Assembly: GCF_020885515.1 (NCBI RefSeq)
Contig: NZ_AP024987.1
Coordinates: forward strand, 1-32,000
DNA: 32,000 nt
Source: a cyanobacterium endosymbiont of Braarudosphaera bigelowii
GTDB taxonomy: Bacteria; Cyanobacteriota; Cyanobacteriia; Cyanobacteriales; Microcystaceae
Direction: 5' to 3'
Position numbers and translations under genes: made by a program. The notes beneath the pieces are model-generated. The model did not search any database. It saw only the letters and a list, made by a program, of their open reading frames with translations, and was not told the origin of the DNA. This document shows positions 10,485-17,870 of the stretch, one piece after another (within the stretch, counting starts at the first letter, position 1; every line of letters starts with the position of its first letter).

Positions 10485-11300
10485 ATGAAATGTGTTATCA
10501 ACCGTCGTGCTGAATTTAGTGCTAGTCATCGATACTATCTACCAGAATGGAGTATGACTAAAAATGAAGAACAATTTGGAGCTAATAGCTTTTTCCCAGG
10601 TCATGGGCATAATTACGTTTTGTTTGTTTCACTTGAAGGAGGAATAAATGAATATGGAATGATAGAAAATCTTTCTTTGATTAAAAAAATAATTAAACAG
10701 CAAATTACCGATCAATTTAACTATTCTTATTTAAATAATATATGCCAAGAATTTGGTGATGCTTTACCAACCACCGAAAATATTGCTAGGATAATCTGGG
10801 AACGTTTATATCCACATCTGCCAATTATCAATATTAAGTTGTTTGAGCATCCCAGATTATGGGCTGAATATCGAGGAAATAATATGCAAGCAACATTAAC
10901 TACCCAAGTTCATTTTAGTGCAGCACACCGCTTAGCTCTTCCTAACCTTAGTTTAGAAGAAAATATAAAAATCTACGGGAAATGTGCTCGTGTTCATGGA
11001 CATGGACACAATTACTTTCTTGATGTATCCGTAACTGGTAATATCGATGAACGTACTGGAATGATTGTTGATCTAGAAGATTTACAGAATATAGTTAATG
11101 ATTATATTGTAGAACCATTTGACCATACTTTTCTTAATAAAGACGTTCCGTATTTTGTTCAAACTATTCCTACAGCTGAAAATATTGCTCTTTATATTGC
11201 TCAATTGCTAAAAGAACCAATTAAAAATTTAGGAGTTGTACTACATAAGGTTAAGTTAACTGAAAGTCCAAATAATTCCTGTGAAATTTACTGTTCCTAA
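10485..11300 (+). CDS. Tandem 6-pyruvoyl-tetrahydropterin/6-carboxytetrahydropterin synthase family protein (two PTPS domains)
   Basis: 271 aa. Domain 2 has AHR, GKCARVHGHGHNY and FDHTFLN; domain 1 has SASHR and PGHGHNY but lacks the Cys and Asp-His. Confidence 0.88.
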   Translation: MKCVINRRAEFSASHRYYLPEWSMTKNEEQFGANSFFPGHGHNYVLFVSLEGGINEYGMIENLSLIKKIIKQQITDQFNYSYLNNICQEFGDALPTTENIARIIWERLYPHLPIINIKLFEHPRLWAEYRGNNMQATLTTQVHFSAAHRLALPNLSLEENIKIYGKCARVHGHGHNYFLDVSVTGNIDERTGMIVDLEDLQNIVNDYIVEPFDHTFLNKDVPYFVQTIPTAENIALYIAQLLKEPIKNLGVVLHKVKLTESPNNSCEIYCS

Positions 11301-11596
11301 CTAATCGAGACACTATAGATTGAAATTGAAGAGGAACAAAAATTAACTATATTTCGTTAATTAATGTAACATTATCTCACTAAACACTAGAGAGTTAATA
11401 GATATTTGTCTAAATTATTTTGTAAGGTTTTAAAATCCAATAAAAATGTTTATTATTGTCTTGTCTGTACTTAAAAAGACCTACCCATTAGAGGTGTCTT
11501 ACAACATAAGCACAGTCAGGCAATCTATTTTATAGTGTGATGTCTTTTGGCATTTACAATATTCACTTCTTAGATTTTGAAAAGGATAAAGCAGAT

Positions 11597-12007
11597 ATGG
11601 AATTCAATGTTCAAGAGCAAACAGACCCAAAAGACTTAAATACTGAAACAACAGGGAGTCTTACCCCATCCTTTTCACTAGGTAATCAACCCTGGCAGGA
11701 ATGGTTAACTCCTATGATAGATATTTTTGCTAAGGTCCCCGAATATGTTGGGCATTTCTTTAGCGAGTACAAACAGCCACTAACTACCCTTGGTTTATTG
11801 ATTCTATCTTTCATTAGTATCAAGATTATGATTGCTGTTTTAGGGGCTATTGATGATGTTCCTTTATTAGCTCCTTTATTACAAATAATTGGATTAGGCT
11901 ATACACTTTGGTTTACTTGGCGTTATCTTTGGAAATCATCTAATAGGAAAGAGTTACTTTCCGAATTCGAAGCAGTAAAAAATCAAGTTTTTGGTAACAA
12001 TATATAG
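11597..12007 (+). CDS. CAAD-domain (CURT1-like) thylakoid membrane protein
   Basis: Track ORF 11537-12007; likely start at in-frame ATG 11597 (MEFNVQEQTDP). W(Q)EWLTPMIDIFAKVPEYVGHFFSEYKQPL..LTTLGLLILSFISIKIMIAVLGAIDDVPLLAPLLQIIGLGYTLWFTWRYL is the CAAD signature. Confidence 0.8.
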   Translation: MEFNVQEQTDPKDLNTETTGSLTPSFSLGNQPWQEWLTPMIDIFAKVPEYVGHFFSEYKQPLTTLGLLILSFISIKIMIAVLGAIDDVPLLAPLLQIIGLGYTLWFTWRYLWKSSNRKELLSEFEAVKNQVFGNNI

Positions 12008-12036
12008 TTTAATCGTTGCTATAGCTTCATAATTTT

Positions 12037-12069
12037 TCGAATCCCTCCGATTATAAGAATTCGGAGGAT
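12037..12069 (+). terminator. Hairpin downstream of the CAAD gene, possible terminator
   Basis: GAATCC(C)TCCGA / TCGGAGGATTC stem with one bulge; no clear U tract. Confidence 0.4.
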
Positions 12070-12306
12070 TCATCATAATTATTCTGCAAATAACTTCAAT
12101 ATTTCCTGAGATGTAATAAGCTATTAGTAAAATATCATGACTTAAGGAGAGTATTTAGTCTTCAATCTTGATATGAAATTATTATCATATTCTGACTCTT
12201 ATAGGATAGAATTTTCAAAATGAAATTAATTTTTTTCTCTAAATACTGAAAAAATTAACTGATATAAAGGTTATCTAACTCAACGCTGTTTTCTAAAAAA
12301 TTTCAT

Positions 12307-12339
12307 AAAACTAACAAAATATCTTCAAGTTAGTTTTTT
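12307..12339 (+). terminator. Rho-independent terminator-like hairpin
   Basis: AAAACTAAC-N13-GTTAGTTTT with a T run (GTTAGTTTTTT). Confidence 0.6.
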
Positions 12340-12446
12340 GTCTACGGTAGTAAATTATATTAAATAACAACTATAGAATTTATATATTTAATTTATATAT
12401 TTAACTTTATAAAAAGATTAACACTATATATATTAGGTTTTCAGCT

Positions 12447-12476
12447 TTGACAAACTAAAAATTCTTTAACAATAAT
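12447..12476 (+). promoter_or_regulatory. Sigma-70-type promoter upstream of petB
   Basis: TTGACA (12447-12452), 18-nt spacer, AATAAT (12471-12476). Confidence 0.55.
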
Positions 12477-12637
12477 GTAAATTATATTGGAGTGAAGGCA
12501 ATGATTATGTTAAATTTCTTAATAAGACATTGTGTCTGCTAAAGTTTAAATCTTAGCTAGAATACTTAAGAGACAGCACAGTGAATCACTCAAACGCCAA
12601 TTATCTATCTTCTATTTGATAACGGATTATAGTTTCA

Positions 12638-13306
12638 ATGTTCTCTAAACAAGTTACAGATTCTAAAATTTATCAATGGTTTAATGATCGTTTAGAAATA
12701 CAAGCTATTTCTGATGATATTACTACCAAATATGTTCCACCCCACGTTAATATTTTTTATTGTCTTGGTGGAATTACTTTAGTTTGCTTCATCATCCAGT
12801 TTGCTACTGGTTTTGCAATGACCTTCTACTATAAGCCTAGTGTTGCTGAAGCATTTAACTCAGTCCAATACATCATGAATGAGGTTAACTTTGGATGGTT
12901 GATCCGTTCTATCCATCGTTGGTCAGCCAGTATGATGGTTTTAATGATGATATTGCATGTTTTCAGAGTATATCTCACAGGTGGATTTAAAAAACCTCGT
13001 GAATTAACTTGGATAACAGGAGTTACTATGGCTGTACTTACAGTTTCTTTTGGAGTAACAGGTTATTCTTTACCTTGGGATCAAGTTGGTTACTGGGCAG
13101 TGAAAATTGTTTCTGGTGTACCAGCAGCTATTCCAGTAGTAGGAGACTCATTGGTAGAACTATTAAGAGGAGGACAGAGTGTAGGACAAGCAACACTTAC
13201 TCGTTTCTATAGTTTACACACCTTTGTTTTCCCTTGGTTGATTGCAGTATTTATGTTAGCTCACTTTTTAATGATTCGTAAACAAGGAATTTCTGGTCCT
13301 TTGTAA
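12638..13306 (+). CDS. petB: Cytochrome b6
   Basis: 222 aa; [103 protein letters not shown]. Confidence 0.98.
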   Translation: MFSKQVTDSKIYQWFNDRLEIQAISDDITTKYVPPHVNIFYCLGGITLVCFIIQFATGFAMTFYYKPSVAEAFNSVQYIMNEVNFGWLIRSIHRWSASMMVLMMILHVFRVYLTGGFKKPRELTWITGVTMAVLTVSFGVTGYSLPWDQVGYWAVKIVSGVPAAIPVVGDSLVELLRGGQSVGQATLTRFYSLHTFVFPWLIAVFMLAHFLMIRKQGISGPL

Positions 13307-13445
13307 TTCTAAGTCTAAAAATGTTAATTAGAAACAATTAACTACCAAGAAGTTTTAGATGATTTAATTCTGATTGTTAATATTCAGAAGAAAGTATTAC
13401 TAATCCATTAATCCATTATTCATACTAATAAGGAGAATTAATTAA

Positions 13446-13928
13446 ATGGCCATCGAGAAAAAGCCAGATTTAAGCAATCCTAAATTGCGTGCTAAGCTAG
13501 CCCAAGGAATGGGACATAATTATTACGGAGAGCCAGCTTGGCCAAATGATTTACTTTATATTTTTCCAGTAGTAATCTTCGGAACTATTGGTTTGATAAG
13601 CGGTTTAGCCGTTCTTGATCCAGCTTTAGTTGGAGAACCAGCCAACCCGTTTGCTACACCTTTAGAAATACTACCTGAATGGTATTTATATCCTGTTTTT
13701 CAGATTTTAAGGATCCTTCCTAGCAAACTATTAGGAATTGCTTGTCAAGCAGCTATTCCTTTAGGTTTAATGCTCATTCCTTTTATTGAAAGCGTAAATA
13801 AGTTTCAAAATCCTTTCCGACGTCCTGTAGCTTCTACTGTATTCCTTTTTGGAACAGCTATAGCATTATGGTTAGGTATAGGTGCAACCTTTCCTATCGA
13901 TAAATCTTTAACTCTAGGATTGTTTTAA
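13446..13928 (+). CDS. petD: Cytochrome b6-f complex subunit IV
   Basis: 160 aa; [39 protein letters not shown] and [27 protein letters not shown]; SD-like AAGGAG upstream. Confidence 0.98.
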   Translation: MAIEKKPDLSNPKLRAKLAQGMGHNYYGEPAWPNDLLYIFPVVIFGTIGLISGLAVLDPALVGEPANPFATPLEILPEWYLYPVFQILRILPSKLLGIACQAAIPLGLMLIPFIESVNKFQNPFRRPVASTVFLFGTAIALWLGIGATFPIDKSLTLGLF

Positions 13929-13966
13929 AGTAAACTAAGTTTTAATTTAAGCTTCAAGTTTTTTAC

Positions 13967-14010
13967 AAGCCGAATATTCCTAAACTTTTAAAATCAGGAA
14001 TACTCGGCTT
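13967..14010 (+). terminator. petBD terminator
   Basis: AAGCCGAATATTCCT / AGGAATACTCGGCTT, 15-bp stem with one mismatch, followed by aatatttta. Confidence 0.75.
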
Positions 14011-14087
14011 AATATTTTATTTATAACTAAAAATTCATGTCTAATTTTCTAATTTACGGAAGTAGAAATCATTTCGATATATCGTAC

Positions 14088-14375
14088 ATGATTAAAGTAG
14101 AATATGTTAGTAAATTTCATGAATCTATAATTGCTATTCAGAATATAAATTTTCTTGTCAAAAAAAAGTTTTTTTAAATTTTAACGATGCACGAAAACCC
14201 GCTTTGATAGAAAATATTAAGTAACTATATTTACTATTCAAAAGAAAATGTTATAGTCGCCGGTTATGATATTCACAAAAATCTTTTAGAAATGTATAGA
14301 AGCAATTTTTATTCTAAGATTAAATTCGCTATGGAGTTTTGCAATCTTAAAATTCAGGCTAACTTTGCTTTTTAG
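14088..14375 (+). pseudogene. Degraded ABC-transporter ATP-binding protein (N-terminal part only)
   Basis: Conceptual translation over frames: MIKVEYVSKFHESIIAIQNINFLVKK / VFLNFNDARKPALIENI / SNYIYYSKENVIVAGYDIHKNLLEMYRSNFYS. It aligns with generic MIEVEHLSKxYGSxxAIQDVxFSVEKGEILGFLGPNGAGKTTxMRILTGYLxPTSGTAxVAGYDIxxNxLEVRRxIGYLPE; Walker A degenerate, frameshifts present. Confidence 0.75.
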
Positions 14376-14471
14376 GTATTTTTCTAACTGCACGATTTGT
14401 TGAACATATCTGTTTTACTAAATTTGAAAAATACCAACTAGTCATACATAACTTATATGAAAACAACTTAA

Positions 14472-14690
14472 ATGCAACAAATAACGAAAAACAAAACTAT
14501 CTTTCAGTTTCTTTTTGTACCAGGCCTTATTTTGAATATTGCCGGTTTAATAGCCGTTATGGCCACTCAAGAATGGACCATACTATATCTAATTATATTT
14601 AGTTGTGGAAATATGTTTTTATTTGCATGGATTTTTTTTCATATAACTTATATAAAAAATCTCTCAAAAAGGAATTGCAATATGGATTGA
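14472..14690 (+). CDS. Small two-TM membrane protein of unknown function
   Basis: 72-aa ORF with two hydrophobic segments (FLFVPGLILNIAGLIAVM; TILYLIIFSCGNMFLFAWIFFHI). Confidence 0.5.
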   Translation: MQQITKNKTIFQFLFVPGLILNIAGLIAVMATQEWTILYLIIFSCGNMFLFAWIFFHITYIKNLSKRNCNMD

Positions 14691-14975
14691 TTTCATAATC
14701 TTTACTTCTCTAATATTAATAATATTAAGCTTATTTAATTAAGCTGTTATCTATTAACTATGAAATTGTAATTTAACAGAAAATAAATTCTATATCTTAT
14801 CTAAAAAAAACTTGTTAAAAGTCTAAAATATCCCATTAAAATTTATATTTTTGAATATGAATTTAATGCTCAGGATAAACATTAAAAGTTCAATTATTAT
14901 TTTGAGTTTAAATTAATCTCAACATTTAAGATAAAATCATTAAAGAGTTAAATATTCAATCGCTGTATAAAAAAC

Positions 14976-15010
14976 AAAGGTAACTTATTAGTGCAGTAGT
15001 AATACCTTTT
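14976..15010 (+). terminator. Rho-independent terminator-like hairpin
   Basis: AAAGGTA-ac-TTATTA...TAGTAA-TACCTTT then TTTAATTTTTT, about 285 nt downstream of the small ORF stop. Confidence 0.55.
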
Positions 15011-15282
15011 TTAATTTTTTATTCAGTCTAAAGTGGAATAAGGTATTTATCATCTTAGATAACATAAAAAAGTAATATGATTTAGATAGAAATTTCAACT
15101 TTGCAAAAATTAGATCAGATTATATGAAAAAAATATAATTTAATTTTAAACTAAGATTCAAAGAGAAGTTACTATAAAAAGAAAGCACTTATTGAAAACT
15201 AGAATTGTAGTAAATATAAAAAGATATAAAAACATAGATCAATTAATATTCTTATGTTTTGGGTAAAATTATACAATCTTTA

Positions 15283-16794
15283 TTAAGAGAAATAATCAAT
15301 TAATTGATGGGTTAAACCTTCTAATGTATATTCTTTTGCTTCAATATCAACTCTACCAAATAAATCATTACAAGTTTTTGAAGTTTGAGGCCCAATAGAT
15401 GCTAAGTAAACATTGTCTAATTTAGATAGAATATTTTTTTCTTCATTATTAAGAGATATCTTTTTTAATAAGTCATGAAAATGTCTAACGGTTTTAGAAC
15501 TAGTAAAAGTAATTACATCAGCTTGTTTATTCTCTAATATTTCCCATATTTCACTATTAATATTTTTAGGACATATTGATTGATAAGCAGCAACTTCAGT
15601 AATACTAGCTCCCCTTTTAATAAACTCTTTTAATAAAATATCTCTTCCTCCTGTCTCTACTCGAGGAAATAAAAATTTCTTACCATCTATATTCTCTGGA
15701 AAATTTTCAATTAATGAATCAGCAATGAAATTAGGAGGTATAAAATCAGGTTTCAAATAAAAATTTTTTAAGTAATCAGATGTTTTCCTACCAACAACAG
15801 CAATTTTAATATTGTTTAGAATACGAATATCTTTTCCTAATTCCTGTAATCTTTCAATAAAAAACTTTACTCCGTTTGCTGAAGTTAAAATTAACCAGTC
15901 GAAAGATGATAGTTGTTGAATTGCCATATCTAACTTATTCCAAGAAGAAGGTGGCACAATCTCTAAGACAGGAAGTGTAATAATATTCGCTCCTGCTTCT
16001 TGCAACTGGAATTTGAATTGACCAGAAGACTCATGAGAACGAGTAATTACTACTGTTTTATCTGCCAGAGGAAGGTTGAAGGATGATGACATATTTCTTG
16101 CTTTTACGACTTCTCCAATTACAATAACAGCTGGAGATGAATAATTATCTGGAATTTGATTGACTATGGTTCTTAATGTGCCTGTAATTGTCATTTGCCT
16201 CGAACTTCCACAATTATAAATGATTGCGATGGATTCATTTGAAGGCCTATTATTAATTATTAAATTATTAATAATTTTACTAAGATTTTTCATTCCCATG
16301 AGAATTATTAATGTGTCGTTTTTAGCCAATGTTTCCCAATTCAATACACCTAAATTATGTCCTGTCAAAATAGTAAAACATTGACTAAGTTTTTTATTAG
16401 TAATTGGAATTCCAGCTAATATAGGAGCTGCTAATGCGGAAGAAATACCAGGAATTACTTCATACTTACAATCAGTTTGTATTAAAGCATGTATTTCTTC
16501 GGCAAGACGTCCAAAAACCGAAGGGTCACCGCCTTTTAGTCTTACTATTTGTTTTCCTGATAAACAATGATTTACTAATAGATTATTAATATATTTTTGA
16601 TGGGTACTTAGTTTCCCTCCACGTTTCCCAACATAAATTTTTAGACAGTTAATTGGTAATAATTCTAGTAAACTTGAATCAATTAAAGTATCATATACTA
16701 CCACTTCTGCATGAGATAGTAAGTAATATCCTCTAAGAGTCAAGTAAGATATATTAAATACTCCTGAGCCTACAAAAAATACTTTGCCTGCCAT
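15283..16794 (-). CDS. cobA/hemD: Uroporphyrinogen-III C-methyltransferase / uroporphyrinogen-III synthase fusion
   Basis: 503 aa. N-terminal SUMT features (YVGKRGG, IVRLKGGDPSVFGR, VIPGISSALAAP, GIPITN); C-terminal HemD features (VVITRSHESSGQF, LTSANGVKFF, ITFTSSKTVRHF, LASIGPQTSKTC). Confidence 0.93.
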   Translation of the reverse strand: MAGKVFFVGSGVFNISYLTLRGYYLLSHAEVVVYDTLIDSSLLELLPINCLKIYVGKRGGKLSTHQKYINNLLVNHCLSGKQIVRLKGGDPSVFGRLAEEIHALIQTDCKYEVIPGISSALAAPILAGIPITNKKLSQCFTILTGHNLGVLNWETLAKNDTLIILMGMKNLSKIINNLIINNRPSNESIAIIYNCGSSRQMTITGTLRTIVNQIPDNYSSPAVIVIGEVVKARNMSSSFNLPLADKTVVITRSHESSGQFKFQLQEAGANIITLPVLEIVPPSSWNKLDMAIQQLSSFDWLILTSANGVKFFIERLQELGKDIRILNNIKIAVVGRKTSDYLKNFYLKPDFIPPNFIADSLIENFPENIDGKKFLFPRVETGGRDILLKEFIKRGASITEVAAYQSICPKNINSEIWEILENKQADVITFTSSKTVRHFHDLLKKISLNNEEKNILSKLDNVYLASIGPQTSKTCNDLFGRVDIEAKEYTLEGLTHQLIDYFS

Positions 16795-16924
16795 ATTGTA
16801 ATAAACAACGTTTAAAAAATTAAATTTATTGGATAGGTATTAGAAATTAATTTTATTATTATTTTTATGGTGAGTAAATAAATTAATTTCTAAAAGCTTT
16901 TTAAAATATCACCATATCAAGTTC

Positions 16925-17320
16925 TCATTGGTTAATACTTTTAGTGTATCTAGCACCAGATGTACACGTCTCCCTGACTTCTACCATTTCTAATCCAGGA
17001 AGTCCTTCCTTTTCAAGTTTTTCAAAAATCCATTTTGCAACAGCTTCACTTGTTGGGTTTTCGAGGCCTGTAGTTTCATTAAGATAGTAGTGATCTAAAA
17101 AATTTTCCAGAATAGGATTAATATAGTTATTAATATCATTGAAATCCATAACCATGCCTTGTTGTGAACCTGTTCTATACAAACTATCTTTAGTGATATA
17201 AACTCTTCCTACCCAGCTATGTCCATGAAGACGAGAGCATTTACCTTTATGATGAGGTAATATGTGTGCTGCTTCAAAACGAAACTCTTTATATATTGTC
17301 CAACTATGACTTATACTCAT
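16925..17320 (-). CDS. queD: 6-carboxy-5,6,7,8-tetrahydropterin synthase (QueD/PTPS family)
   Basis: 131 aa; FRFEAAHIL, GKCSRLHGHSWVGRV, FLDHYYLN, NPTSEAVAKWIFEKL, VEVRETCTSGARY. Confidence 0.88.
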   Translation of the reverse strand: MSISHSWTIYKEFRFEAAHILPHHKGKCSRLHGHSWVGRVYITKDSLYRTGSQQGMVMDFNDINNYINPILENFLDHYYLNETTGLENPTSEAVAKWIFEKLEKEGLPGLEMVEVRETCTSGARYTKSINQ

Positions 17321-17564
17321 AATAAAATTCTAAAGCAATAGGTACATTAAGTTATTTAATAAATTAAATATTTTATTTCTAATAAATATTTAACTAATCA
17401 CAATTTGAATATATCATGCTAAACAATTGTTAATTACCTCAATCAGTGAAACATAAGAAAAATTAAGTATATAATTTATTTATATATTGGTATTCTATTT
17501 TGTGCCTGCTTTCACTGATGGTTTTAGTTTAATAACTAGTTTTAATTTTTACTAATAAACTCAG

Positions 17565-17599
17565 AAATTCTAATATTTTTCTATATATTAGAATTTTTT
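17565..17599 (+). terminator. Orphan rho-independent terminator upstream of tRNA-Asp
   Basis: AAATTCTAATAT-TTTTCTAT-ATATTAGAATTT perfect 12-bp stem, then TTT (six T's overall). T run only in + orientation. Confidence 0.7.
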
Positions 17600-17609
17600 C
17601 TATTTTAGC

Positions 17610-17638
17610 TTGACAATACATACAAAAACAAGTATATT
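17610..17638 (+). promoter_or_regulatory. Promoter of tRNA-Asp
   Basis: TTGACA (17610-17615), 17-nt spacer, TATATT (17633-17638); tRNA starts 19 nt later. Confidence 0.8.
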
Positions 17639-17656
17639 AGTTTATGGATAAAAATT

Positions 17657-17730
17657 GGGACTGTAGTTCAACTGGTTAGAGCACCGCCCTGTCACGGCGG
17701 AAGTTGCGGGTTCGAATCCCGTCAGTCCCG
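17657..17730 (+). tRNA. tRNA-Asp (GUC)
   Basis: GGGACTG/CAGTCCC acceptor, CCGCC-CTGTCAC-GGCGG anticodon arm, GCGGG-TTCGAAT-CCCGT T arm. Confidence 0.97.
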
Positions 17731-17797
17731 TTACAAGAAGTACCCAAAAAGCATATGTATTAATGCTTTTTACTAATGTATTTTTTCAAAATAAAAT

Positions 17798-17870
17798 GGG
17801 GAATTAGCTCAGTTGGTAGAGTGCTGCGATCGCACCGCAGAGGCCAGGAGTTCGAATCTCCTATTCTCCA
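17798..17870 (+). tRNA. tRNA-Ala (CGC)
   Basis: GGGGAAT/ATTCTCC acceptor, CTGCG-ATCGCAC-CGCAG anticodon arm (CGC), CAGGAG-TTCGAAT-CTCCT T arm region. Confidence 0.93.

Noticed and set aside
13009-13212. 67-aa + strand ORF
   Set aside because: Alternative frame within petB.
14221-14234. GTA-N8-TAC (NtcA-like) match
   Set aside because: Lies inside the ABC ATPase remnant and is explained by decayed coding sequence; such matches are expected by chance.
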